DNA of 21,898 nt. Origin: a virus. Its lineage: Duplodnaviria > Heunggongvirae > Uroviricota > Caudoviricetes. The notes under the pieces were generated by a model. It was not told the origin of the DNA. It made no database searches and saw only the letters and a program-made list of their open reading frames with translations. The position numbers were made by a program, and so were the translations under genes. The stretch lies in IMG/VR virus record IMGVR_UViG_2718218402_000002. One strand, written 5' to 3'. This document shows, one piece after another, positions 9,410 to 17,184 of the stretch (positions are counted from its first letter, which is position 1; the number at the start of each line of letters is the position of its first letter).

Positions 9410-9706
9410 TCAGAATTGCATATCAATTTGCTTAGAGTCCCCGGCGGCCACCGGGGATTTTTTCTTTGTGATTCCATCAAGCGCATACTTAAAAGCCCTA
9501 CTAATCGGACTGATGTCTGATGCCATTCCGAAAGCACACAAGACCGAAGCAATAAACCTCCAGTCTGTTCTGCTTATCTTCGATTCATGACAGCCAATCA
9601 TCTTTGCCAGACCGCGCTGGGTAAGCGTTGACAGGTTGATGAGTAAATCTGTTTCTGCGCGATCAACGTCGCGCTGTGATAGTTTGCTGTAACTTGTTTG
9701 TGTCAT
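9410..9706 (-). CDS. cII: CII-like transcriptional activator (P22 c1 family)
   Basis: 98 aa, MTQTSYSKLSQRDVDRAETDLLINLSTLTQRGLAKMIGCHESKISR; HTH architecture of the cII family but not the lambda cII sequence. Immediately upstream of O. Confidence 0.75.
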   Translation of the reverse strand: MTQTSYSKLSQRDVDRAETDLLINLSTLTQRGLAKMIGCHESKISRTDWRFIASVLCAFGMASDISPISRAFKYALDGITKKKSPVAAGDSKQIDMQF

Positions 9707-9724
9707 TTCTTACTATTCCCATAG

Positions 9725-9758
9725 GTAAATAATCACTAACACTCATCTTTCGATGAGT
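9725..9758 (-). terminator. Possible tR1-like terminator
   Basis: 7-bp stem (ACTCATC/GATGAGT at 9741-9758) followed on the - strand by a moderately U-rich tract. Between nutR and cII. Confidence 0.35.
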
Positions 9759-9770
9759 GCTTAATTAGTT

Positions 9771-9805
9771 ACCGCGTTGTCGGCGGTGCAGATTGATAAA
9801 GAGCG
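9771..9805 (-). promoter_or_regulatory. nutR (boxA plus boxB)
   Basis: - strand boxA CGCTCTTTAT (plus 9796-9805), then 8 nt, then boxB ACCGCCGACAACGCGGT (plus 9771-9787), which matches the P22 nutR boxB as I recall it. Just downstream of the cro stop. Confidence 0.7.
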
Positions 9806-9812
9806 GTGTTAC

Positions 9813-10040
9813 TTATGCAGCCAGAAGGTTCTTTTTGCTTATTTCAAGCATTTCGCTTGCTTGATATTTGCCACCAGAAATCTCTTCGATTTTTGATGCG
9901 TATTTAGTTTTCCCAAAAAACTCAGTCTTAGGGAGGAAGCCGTTTTTGAGCCACTTATAGACAGCCCTTTCGCTAACTCCACAAGCCTTCGCAACTTCAG
10001 GGATGCCGACACCTTTAATCGGCTCATCAAGATTTTGCAT
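9813..10040 (-). CDS. cro: Cro-like repressor
   Basis: Track ORF 9813..10073; likely ATG at 10040 (75 aa). HTH GIPEVAKACGVSERAVYKWLK. Divergent from cI across the operator region. Confidence 0.75.
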   Translation of the reverse strand: MQNLDEPIKGVGIPEVAKACGVSERAVYKWLKNGFLPKTEFFGKTKYASKIEEISGGKYQASEMLEISKKNLLAA

Positions 10041-10055
10041 AGGAATACCCTTTTT

Positions 10056-10125
10056 CGTACTTTCAGTACGCATTATGATTGAACTGAAAGTTTTTGCAAG
10101 TGCTTTAGTATCGTACTCATGGTTC
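10056..10125. promoter_or_regulatory. OR region: three 13-bp palindromic operators with divergent pR and pRM
   Basis: GTACTTTCAGTAC (10057-10069), GAACTGAAAGTTT (10081-10093), GTACTCATGGTTC (10113-10125, over the cI ATG). Candidate pR on - strand: -35 TTGCAA (10094-10099), -10 CATAAT (revcomp of 10072-10077). Candidate pRM -10 TAGTAT (10106-10111). Confidence 0.55.
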
Positions 10126-10826
10126 AGAATGAAAAAGTGCGCAAAGAATTCGCCCAGCGGCTAGCGCAAGCCTGTAAAGAAGCTGGTCTTGATGAACATG
10201 GTAGGGGAATGGCCATAGCCCGTGCCCTTTCTCTTTCGTCCAAAGGCGTTAGCAAATGGTTTAATGCTGAGTCTTTACCACGCCAGGAAAAAATGAATGC
10301 GCTTGCGAAATTTCTAAACGTTGATGTTGTTTGGCTTCAGCACGGCACTTCGTTAAATGGAGCGAATGATGAAGATACTTTTTCAATTGTTGGCAAATTA
10401 AAAAAAGGGTTAGTGCGCGTGGTTGGTGAGGCAATTCTTGGTGTTGATGGTGCCATCGAGATGACCGAAGAGCGCGATGGGTGGCTCAAGATTTATAGCG
10501 ATGATCCAGATGCCTTTGGTCTTCGTGTAAAAGGAGACAGCATGTGGCCCAGAATTAAATCAGGAGAATATGTACTCATTGAGCCTAACACCAAAGTATT
10601 CCCAGGTGATGAAGTGTTTGTCAGAACCATTGAAGGGCACAACATGATCAAGGTTCTTGGCTATGACAGAGACGGAGAATACCAATTTACAAGCATCAAT
10701 CAAGACCACAGGCCAATAACGTTGCCTTATCATCAAGTAGCAAAGGTGGAGTATGTGGCTGGTATTTTGAAGCAATCTCGCCACCTAGATGACATCGAGG
10801 CAAGGGAATGGATTAAAAGTTCGTGA
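10119..10826 (+). CDS. cI: CI prophage repressor (HTH plus S24 LexA-like autopeptidase domain)
   Basis: 235 aa. C-terminal domain has the GDSM Ser motif and downstream Lys typical of RecA-stimulated autocleaving repressors. The ATG sits inside the third operator, suggesting a leaderless pRM transcript. Confidence 0.9.
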   Translation: MVQNEKVRKEFAQRLAQACKEAGLDEHGRGMAIARALSLSSKGVSKWFNAESLPRQEKMNALAKFLNVDVVWLQHGTSLNGANDEDTFSIVGKLKKGLVRVVGEAILGVDGAIEMTEERDGWLKIYSDDPDAFGLRVKGDSMWPRIKSGEYVLIEPNTKVFPGDEVFVRTIEGHNMIKVLGYDRDGEYQFTSINQDHRPITLPYHQVAKVEYVAGILKQSRHLDDIEAREWIKSS

Positions 10827-10923
10827 CTTCATCGTCACATAGCTGGTAACCAATGGCCTGAAGAGACGTTTGGGTGACAAGAAGCATAGGTATTAACAAT
10901 AACTTTCATGGTGATACGAATCA

Positions 10924-11466
10924 GTGGCTAAAAAAGGCGACTTTAAGCCTACCCAGAAAGAGGTTGACCAAGCTATTACTCGCTTGAAAAAAGTAACTTT
11001 TAGCGGAGTTTCGTGGACCGGAAGTGAGGGACGAACCCCAATCTGGTTTAAATTGGATCTCAAAGCTTTTGATGAAATTGGCAACCCAATCACAGGCATA
11101 AGATTTATGCTTCACTGGCGTTCTCCTATCGTTGAAGGGGTGGATATAGTGAAGCTTTCATTTGTGATGTTTCTTCATGACAGGCGCATTTACGCGCTTG
11201 ACCCGTACCCTGCGCATAACAAGTCACACCGTAATAAATCTATAGTGCACCATCCAGATTTTGTTGAGGTGGCTCGAGGTCCTCACTATCACATGTACTT
11301 CGAATCAGCTGGGGAAGAAATTGCACTCAAGCTTGAAACGAACATCAAGCCAGATGATTTTTTTGGCTACTGGAATTATTTTTGCGAGGCGCTTAATATC
11401 ATATATGAAGGCAGCCCACCTTTACCGAATCAAGATAAATCAGGTCAGCTATCATGGGAAATGTAA
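10924..11466 (+). CDS. Hypothetical protein A of the cI-downstream cassette (rexA-position)
   Basis: 180 aa ORF with GTG start and no obvious SD; the first in-frame ATG would give 119 aa. His-rich segment HNKSHRNKSIVHHPDF...PHYHMY. No family recognised. Lower GC than neighbours. Confidence 0.5.
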   Translation: MAKKGDFKPTQKEVDQAITRLKKVTFSGVSWTGSEGRTPIWFKLDLKAFDEIGNPITGIRFMLHWRSPIVEGVDIVKLSFVMFLHDRRIYALDPYPAHNKSHRNKSIVHHPDFVEVARGPHYHMYFESAGEEIALKLETNIKPDDFFGYWNYFCEALNIIYEGSPPLPNQDKSGQLSWEM

Positions 11467-12230
11467 CGTGTTCAACAGTCATATCTAAGCTCGGGTTTGA
11501 ATGCCACCCAATGAGCGACACGTTGCTGCGCGTTATTAGTCCCTTCACATACTACGATGATTGTGAGCAGATAAGCGTATTCGTTCAAGAGATGAGTGGT
11601 CAGTATAGGGTTACAGACTACTGCGATACATTGATGAATATTGAATCACGCGGCATCCACCTGACTAAAAAGAAAATTGATCTGATCAGGTCATCACTCG
11701 CTTCGCAAGGAATTTCATTAAATGACTCTGGAGAGATATCTGCGTGGGCAGATGAGTCGTCCGTTGGACAGGTAACTGCAAATGTTATTCGTGGTGGGAT
11801 TCTTGCATCCGCCCAAACTGCTGATTGGTATGCTGAGGTCAAAGACGATAAGTTCGAAAAATGTGTAATCAGTTACTTAAAATCAGCAGGGCTTGGGAAG
11901 CGACTAGCCTTAAAGGAAAAAGTGAAAGGTATTAGTGGGCATAACATTACTGTTCCGTTAACGCTAAGGAATGAGTCTCGACTAATACCACCAAAACGCG
12001 GGTTTACGGTAAGCCTTGCCAGCAGTAAAGGATGGAATACTGCCCACTCAACAGTTGGGAAGATTGTTGACTTAAGTCAGGTCGTTCCTGACATAAACAA
12101 TAGATTTGTAATAGTTGACAGCGATGGGTTAACACCTGAGCTACAGCAACTATCACTACTATTTAATGATACCGCACGAGTGTTGCCATTCCATACCAGA
12201 GACTCTTGGATTGACTCTCTGGTAGCCTAG
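11454..12230 (+). CDS. Hypothetical protein B of the cI-downstream cassette (rexB-position)
   Basis: 258 aa. The ATG at 11454 overlaps the stop of protein A by 13 nt (alternative ATG at 11511). Soluble-looking, no family recognised. Confidence 0.55.
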   Translation: MGNVTCSTVISKLGFECHPMSDTLLRVISPFTYYDDCEQISVFVQEMSGQYRVTDYCDTLMNIESRGIHLTKKKIDLIRSSLASQGISLNDSGEISAWADESSVGQVTANVIRGGILASAQTADWYAEVKDDKFEKCVISYLKSAGLGKRLALKEKVKGISGHNITVPLTLRNESRLIPPKRGFTVSLASSKGWNTAHSTVGKIVDLSQVVPDINNRFVIVDSDGLTPELQQLSLLFNDTARVLPFHTRDSWIDSLVA

Positions 12231-12231
12231 A

Positions 12232-12262
12232 AAAACCCGGCCTCTGCGCCGGGTTTTCTTTA
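12232..12262 (+). terminator. Intrinsic terminator ending the cI/cassette transcript
   Basis: AAAAA, then CCCGGCC-tctg-cGCCGGG, then TTTTCTTT, directly after the stop of protein B. Symmetric A/T flanks, so possibly bidirectional. Confidence 0.7.
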
Positions 12263-12430
12263 CCTCACGTTCGCCTCCCCTATTTAACATCCGCATATGT
12301 GCTAACCCACGAACTAACACGCCAGCAATACAGTCCTTTCTCCCCTACAGACCAATCTTCAATCTTTGCAAAAATAAATTTCCTTACATATCAAAAACTT
12401 ATCTAATAAAATTAATGAGTTACAAAATTT

Positions 12431-12476
12431 CGTACTTATAGTTCTTGATAATATCGAACTATTAGTTCATTATTAT
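12431..12476 (+). promoter_or_regulatory. Candidate OL/pL
   Basis: Operator-like palindromes related to OR: GTACTTATAGTTC (12432-12444) and GAACTATTAGTTC (12456-12468). -35 TTGATA (12445-12450) and a -10-like CATTAT/TATTAT about 17 bp downstream. Upstream of nutL and N. Confidence 0.45.
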
Positions 12477-12519
12477 CGCCATCAGCAGGATGCTGGCAGC
12501 CAAACGGAACAGATTGGCA

Positions 12520-12555
12520 GGCTCTTTAACTTCGATGGGGCGCTGACAAAGCGCA
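12520..12555 (+). promoter_or_regulatory. nutL (boxA plus boxB)
   Basis: boxA GCTCTTTAAC (12521-12530), then boxB GCGCT-GACAA-AGCGC (12540-12554), a 5-bp stem with GACAA loop matching the P22 nutL boxB as recalled. Confidence 0.7.
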
Positions 12556-12673
12556 AACAGATACCAAACGAGATGGATTTGGCGGTGATGTGAATTGCAG
12601 CTGCAACGACAGCAACCAGAAGATCAGCATCTGGCACATCACCCCCAAAGCCATTTCACATGAGGAAAACATC

Positions 12674-13009
12674 ATGACGGTAATCGTGTACGGGAAATCA
12701 ACATTTGCAGGAAATGCCAAAACTCGCCGTCATGAGCGGCGCAGAAAGCTGGCTATCGAGCGTGATGCTATATGCAACATCATCGATTCGATCTTCGGCA
12801 CAGACAGTGAGGAACCTGTTCAGGAAGCCCCGAGAAAACGTTTAAGCCTTTCTGAAAAAGCAATATCACTCGGAAGCCTTCGCTGCCAGAAGGCAGAAGA
12901 AGTCGAGCGTAAACAGAACCGTATTTACTACCGCAAGCCACGCAGTGAAATGGGTGTGACTTGTGTTGGTCGCCAGAAAATGAAATTAGGCAGCAAACCA
13001 CTTATTTGA
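12674..13009 (+). CDS. N: Antiterminator N (P22 gene 24-like)
   Basis: Track ORF 12590..13009; ATG at 12674 preceded by GAGGAAAA. N-terminal arginine-rich motif GNAKTRRHERRRKLAIERD matches the P22 N RNA-binding motif as recalled. Confidence 0.85.
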   Translation: MTVIVYGKSTFAGNAKTRRHERRRKLAIERDAICNIIDSIFGTDSEEPVQEAPRKRLSLSEKAISLGSLRCQKAEEVERKQNRIYYRKPRSEMGVTCVGRQKMKLGSKPLI

Positions 13010-13017
13010 GGTGAGAT

Positions 13018-13104
13018 ATGGAAGAAGAATTTGAAGAGTTCGAAGAGCATCCGCAGGATGTGATGGAACAATACCAGGACTATCCGTATGACTACGACTA
13101 TTGA
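13018..13104 (+). CDS. Possible small acidic peptide (28 aa)
   Basis: MEEEFEEFEEHPQDVMEQYQDYPYDYDY, with GAGGTGAG upstream. Overlaps the ral start in another frame. Not in the ORF track. Confidence 0.25.
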   Translation: MEEEFEEFEEHPQDVMEQYQDYPYDYDY

Positions 13105-13288
13105 TAAAAATCAATGGTGTGGACAATTCAAGCGATGCAATGGATGCAAGCTGCAATCGGAATGCATGGTTAAGCCTGAAGAAATGTTTCCTGTAATGGA
13201 AGATGGGAAATATGTCGATAAATGGGCAATACGAACGACGGCAATGATTGCCAGAGAACTTGGTAAACAGAACAACAAGGCTGCCTGA
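13088..13288 (+). CDS. ral: Restriction alleviation protein Ral
   Basis: 66 aa, MTTTIDKNQWCGQFKRCNGCKLQSECM...; matches lambda Ral from memory in sequence, size and position just after N. Confidence 0.6.
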   Translation: MTTTIDKNQWCGQFKRCNGCKLQSECMVKPEEMFPVMEDGKYVDKWAIRTTAMIARELGKQNNKAA

Positions 13289-13324
13289 TGGTGGCCTTTA
13301 TTTTCTTATTTGAGAGGAATTAAT

Positions 13325-13948
13325 ATGTCATCAATCCGCTTAACTACGAGAATGAAAGAGGAAATCGCTCGTAACGCTTTAATTAAGTCTGGGGTTTTCA
13401 CTGAACTTGAAGAAGTAACAAAGTTAAAGAACCAGCTTGCACTTGACGCCAGAGTTATTGCGTTTGGCGGGAAAAAGAAAACCGAAGAAGTGGACCAGCT
13501 GGCATCAAAGTTAATGGCTGCAAGTGAGGAACTTCAAAAGCTTGGATGTTCATTTTACTCATGCGATGTCAGTTCAAGTTCGATTTATCTGACTGTATCT
13601 GGAAGAAGGGTTGGCTGGCATTCATACGGAAAAGACGGCAACGGTGAAGATATATTGCTCCCTACCCCCGACAAAGATAAATGCATGTTTGACGCAGAAC
13701 ACAAAATAACAAAAAGGTTTGATGAAATCTGCGCATTGCAACAAAAACTTGAAGCCAGGAAAAAGGATATCGAATCAAATGTATGGGCTGCTTTGAACTC
13801 AGTCACAACAGTTAAGCGACTTATTGAGGTCTGGCCTGAAAGCAAAGAGTTGCTACCAAAAGAAGCAGATAAAGCAAGTGCAGCACTTCCTGCTTTACGG
13901 GTAGAAGATTTGAATAAGATGATTGGACTTCCTTCCGAGGCCGCATAG
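13325..13948 (+). CDS. Hypothetical early-left protein (207 aa)
   Basis: Track ORF 13310..13948 (TTG); likely ATG at 13325. Predicted coiled-coil N-terminal half. No family recognised. Confidence 0.55.
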   Translation: MSSIRLTTRMKEEIARNALIKSGVFTELEEVTKLKNQLALDARVIAFGGKKKTEEVDQLASKLMAASEELQKLGCSFYSCDVSSSSIYLTVSGRRVGWHSYGKDGNGEDILLPTPDKDKCMFDAEHKITKRFDEICALQQKLEARKKDIESNVWAALNSVTTVKRLIEVWPESKELLPKEADKASAALPALRVEDLNKMIGLPSEAA

Positions 13949-13963
13949 TCGGCCTTTATTTTT
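13939..13963 (+). terminator. Intrinsic terminator
   Basis: GGCCG-catagt-CGGCC followed by TTTATTTTT, overlapping the stop of the 207-aa ORF. Confidence 0.6.
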
Positions 13964-13992
13964 GGCACAAACAACAGAATAAACACTGCACT

Positions 13993-14020
13993 GTGTATTC
14001 ATTCCAACGAGTGAATACAC
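13993..14020. promoter_or_regulatory. Perfect 9-bp inverted repeat (GTGTATTCA-N10-TGAATACAC)
   Basis: Read directly in the intergenic region 13964-14121; candidate protein-binding site or RNA stem. Confidence 0.3.
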
Positions 14021-14081
14021 GGAGCAATGTCGCTCGTAACTAAACAGGAGCCGACTTGTTCTGATTATTTGAAATCTTCTT

Positions 14082-14109
14082 TGCCCTCTAATGTGAGGGC
14101 AGTTTTTTT
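14082..14109 (+). terminator. Strong intrinsic terminator directly upstream of an RBS
   Basis: TGCCCTC-taatgt-GAGGGCA followed by GTTTTTTT; GGAGG and the ATG at 14122 follow within 15 nt. Confidence 0.7.
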
Positions 14110-14121
14110 GACGGAGGAATT

Positions 14122-14538
14122 ATGGAAATTACAGATATTCTGGTTAATCCAGATAATTACGACCAATTCAATATCTCTACTCAATCAGTTGATTTAGGTT
14201 GTGCAACTGTCAGCGCATGGCTACTTAATGGTAAACAGTTGGATAAATGCCTTGATGCACATATGACGGTTAACAGCTTCCTTGCAGAAAAAACACACTG
14301 GCAAGATGCTGGAGGGAAATATGCTGGATGGCTTGAAAGCATGGGATTTGAATATCAATCTGATGAAGGTTGGTGGAGCCTTATAGCTGTAACGCCTGAG
14401 ACAATAGAATGCTTCGTTAAATACTCAAACGACGATGACTATAAACACCAGGTAGATTCTGCGATAGAAAGATACAAAAGAAAATCGTTCAACCACGAAA
14501 TATCATCAGTTCTTGATTTCATAGAAGTCTTCAAATAA
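14122..14538 (+). CDS. Hypothetical protein (138 aa)
   Basis: Good RBS (GGAGG). Acidic, Trp-rich. Same length as lambda Gam but the sequence does not resemble Gam as I recall it. Confidence 0.6.
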   Translation: MEITDILVNPDNYDQFNISTQSVDLGCATVSAWLLNGKQLDKCLDAHMTVNSFLAEKTHWQDAGGKYAGWLESMGFEYQSDEGWWSLIAVTPETIECFVKYSNDDDYKHQVDSAIERYKRKSFNHEISSVLDFIEVFK

Positions 14539-14622
14539 GCCGCCTGAGCGCGGCTTTACCGCATACCAATAATGCTTCACCAGAGGCATTTTCGTTATGC
14601 AATCAAACAGAAGGAGCATCCT

Positions 14623-14793
14623 ATGCAACAGTTCGCTATTGCAGGGGCGGCATCGGTTCGCCCTTTCAACCCGATTTTATCGGTACAGCATTCACGAAAA
14701 AACATTTTAACCGGAGCAGACTTTAAACAACCAAGAATGAAAAGTTTGCTCGAAAAGCTTTGGGATATTTTGAAACAACAAGGCCGTCCATGA
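14623..14793 (+). CDS. cIII: CIII-like protein (FtsH inhibitor family)
   Basis: Track ORF 14572..14793; ATG at 14623 preceded by AAGGAG. MQQFAIAG...KSLLEKLWDILKQQGRP resembles lambda CIII (MQYAIAG...ESLLERITRKLRDGWKRLIDILNQPG). Confidence 0.6.
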   Translation: MQQFAIAGAASVRPFNPILSVQHSRKNILTGADFKQPRMKSLLEKLWDILKQQGRP

Positions 14794-14897
14794 GTTTTAC
14801 AGATAACTGGTCAGACGAAGAATTCATTCGTCAGATGAACAAAATGCTCAATCAGCACAAAGAACAGGAGAAAGATGATGATTCTGACTCTGAATGA
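14790..14897 (+). CDS. Possible small acidic ORF (35 aa) at the kil position
   Basis: The ATG overlaps the cIII stop (ATGA). MSFTDNWSDEEFIRQMNKMLNQHKEQEKDDDSDSE. Not in the track. Confidence 0.3.
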   Translation: MSFTDNWSDEEFIRQMNKMLNQHKEQEKDDDSDSE

Positions 14898-15186
14898 TAA
14901 GCGTGAAATATCGCAAATAATCGCAAGTTTTACTGATGAAGATTACGAGCGAATCAACAGTGAAGTTGATCGCCTCTGCAAACGTTGCGACCCAATAAGC
15001 GAAATGCTTCGCTCATATAAACCAGATGAACACACTAAGGACGCTATCGACTGGCTGGAAGATGATGACTGTAACTATCAGGAAAAAGCCGCTGAATGGT
15101 TCTGGGATGCAATAACCGAAAGAGTTAAGGCTGAATATGCCTTCGCAATATTCAAACGCAGACATATTTATGGAGAAGCTGCATGA
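14875..15186 (+). CDS. Hypothetical protein (103 aa) immediately upstream of recT
   Basis: RBS AGGAG. Its stop overlaps the recT ATG (ATGA). Occupies the gam-equivalent position; no family recognised. Confidence 0.55.
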   Translation: MMILTLNDKREISQIIASFTDEDYERINSEVDRLCKRCDPISEMLRSYKPDEHTKDAIDWLEDDDCNYQEKAAEWFWDAITERVKAEYAFAIFKRRHIYGEAA

Positions 15187-16094
15187 GCAATATCGTTGAA
15201 TTCGTTAAACAGCAAGAGCAGTTATTCTGCGGAGCATTGACTGAACAGACGGTGACATGGGCTAAGGAAAGCCAGTTTGCAATTCAGTATTTCCAGAAAA
15301 ACGATTACCTGGCTAAAACAGCACTGGCAAATCCAACCAGCGCACAGAACGCCATCATCAACGTTGCGGCGATCGGCATCACCTTAAACCCTGCAAGCAA
15401 ACTGGCTTATCTAGTTCCGCGCGATGGCATGGTTTGCCTTGATATCAGCTATATGGGATTGCTTCATATTGCAATGGAGTCTGGTGTTATCTCATGGGGT
15501 CAGGCAAAACTTGTTCATGCTAACGATACCTATGAGTCAAACGGGCTTGATAAAGCACCAACCCATAAATACAACGCCTTCGGTGATCGTGGTGATATCG
15601 TTGGCGTTTACTGCACAGTTAAGACGCCGGCAGGTGATTATCTAACGGAAGAGATGAGTCTGGCTGAAATTGAGGCTGTAAGGAAAACAAGCAAGGCGGC
15701 ATTCAGCGATAAAGGACCATGGGTAAATCACTGGAATGAGATGGCGCGAAAGACGGTCGTAAAGCGTGCAAGCAAGTATTGGCCTAAGGCATCACGTCTT
15801 GATAGTGCTATTCACGTACTAAACGAAGAAGAAGGTGTGTGGACTGAACCAGTTATGCCGCACAAATCAGAGGAAGATATCCGCGAAGATGAACGGAAAC
15901 GCCAGCAGGAAATAATGGATAAAGCACAACTTCTTTGCGATGAAATGGCTCAGGCAGAAAACATGGACGATTTGAAGCGATATTTTGCAGAAGCATATCG
16001 CCTGACATCTGGAATGAAATTGCAGCAGAACGTACAAGCCATTTACGCAGAATGCAAAGCGAAACTGGAGGTTGCCAGTGAGCAAACTATATGA
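15183..16094 (+). CDS. recT: RecT-family single-strand annealing protein
   Basis: 303 aa; ...AQNAIINVAAIGITLNPASKLAYLVPRDG... is characteristic of the RecT/Red-beta superfamily as recalled. Confidence 0.85.
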   Translation: MSNIVEFVKQQEQLFCGALTEQTVTWAKESQFAIQYFQKNDYLAKTALANPTSAQNAIINVAAIGITLNPASKLAYLVPRDGMVCLDISYMGLLHIAMESGVISWGQAKLVHANDTYESNGLDKAPTHKYNAFGDRGDIVGVYCTVKTPAGDYLTEEMSLAEIEAVRKTSKAAFSDKGPWVNHWNEMARKTVVKRASKYWPKASRLDSAIHVLNEEEGVWTEPVMPHKSEEDIREDERKRQQEIMDKAQLLCDEMAQAENMDDLKRYFAEAYRLTSGMKLQQNVQAIYAECKAKLEVASEQTI

Positions 16095-16560
16095 AATTGC
16101 CAATGAATACGCAAAATTGATGGATTCAGATTTAGAACCAGAGATGATTGCTGACACAATAGAAGGCATGGAAGGAGAATTTACCGATAAAATAGAGCAA
16201 CTTCTTTCCATTATTAAAAATGAATCTGGTTATGCCGAACGCCTCAAGGAAGAGGCAAAGTCACTGAATGAGCGAGCCGCAGTAATTCAAAATAAGATTG
16301 ACAGCATCAAATCATATATAGCGTCATCGCTTGAAATGGTTGGCAAGAAAAATATTCGAGCAGGTATTCACCAGGTAACAATCCGCAAACCGTCAGAAAC
16401 TGTAGAAATCATCGACTCAAGCGCCCTTCCTCCTGAATACGTTGAGTTTGAAACGACAATTAAAGCCGACAAACTGGCAATCAAACACCAACTAAAAGCA
16501 GGAATAAATATCCCCGGCGCTCAACTCAAAGTTGGGAAACCTTCACTTCTTATCAAATAA
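16078..16560 (+). CDS. Gp157-like protein
   Basis: Track ORF 16072..16560 (TTG); likely GTG at 16078 with GGAGG seven nt upstream. Family assignment from recalled resemblance to Siphovirus Gp157 proteins, which often neighbour recT/sak genes. Confidence 0.55.
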   Translation: MSKLYEIANEYAKLMDSDLEPEMIADTIEGMEGEFTDKIEQLLSIIKNESGYAERLKEEAKSLNERAAVIQNKIDSIKSYIASSLEMVGKKNIRAGIHQVTIRKPSETVEIIDSSALPPEYVEFETTIKADKLAIKHQLKAGINIPGAQLKVGKPSLLIK

Positions 16561-16571
16561 CGGTATCGCCT

Positions 16572-16886
16572 ATGAAAAAGACTCCATGGGAGAAATGGGA
16601 AGTCGATTTCTTGCGCGAAGTAGCGGCGACAATGCCAGTTGAAGTTATCGCTGAAAAACTGGAAAGGACTGAAAAAGCAGTAATGGCGAAAGCAACAAGG
16701 ATTGGCGCTGACATTGTTAGCCGACTTCGTGGAAGACGCTGGACAAGAGCCGAAGTATCACTTTTCGGTAAGTTCTCCGCAGAAGAAATAGCAATTGCAA
16801 CCTGCCGCTCAATTTATTCAGTAAGAGCTATGCGATACAAGCTAAAAAAACTCGATGAAGAAAGAGAAGGCATACGAATAAATTAA
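16572..16886 (+). CDS. Hypothetical protein (104 aa)
   Basis: ATG start, in the same operon. Internal duplication of a W...EV...L motif. No family recognised. Confidence 0.5.
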   Translation: MKKTPWEKWEVDFLREVAATMPVEVIAEKLERTEKAVMAKATRIGADIVSRLRGRRWTRAEVSLFGKFSAEEIAIATCRSIYSVRAMRYKLKKLDEEREGIRIN

Positions 16887-16902
16887 CATGGAGTAATTAA
16901 CA

Positions 16903-17184
16903 ATGAAGCTAAACATCGACCTAGGCAAATACGTTATTACCGGAACAAAACACGATCTGATTCTTAGTGAAATAGGAGTTATCAAAGAAGGTGATAATGC
17001 AGGGAAAGAAACATTAAGTCGTATCGGTTATTACAGCAAGTTTGAGCATCTGGTAAAAGAGTTATGCAACCGTGAAATCCTGTTATCTCAGGCGCAGACG
17101 CTACAGGATATTCAGCAGCATATCGAGACTTTAGGTGTATCACTTAGCATGGCTATTGACCAGTTCGTGGAGAGTAAATCATGA
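16903..17184 (+). CDS. Hypothetical protein (93 aa)
   Basis: ATG start; stop overlaps the next ORF's ATG. Confidence 0.5.
   Translation: MKLNIDLGKYVITGTKHDLILSEIGVIKEGDNAGKETLSRIGYYSKFEHLVKELCNREILLSQAQTLQDIQQHIETLGVSLSMAIDQFVESKS

Noticed and set aside
14122-14538. Calling the 138-aa protein Gam on the basis of length
   Set aside because: Same length as lambda Gam but the sequence does not resemble Gam as recalled; kept as hypothetical.
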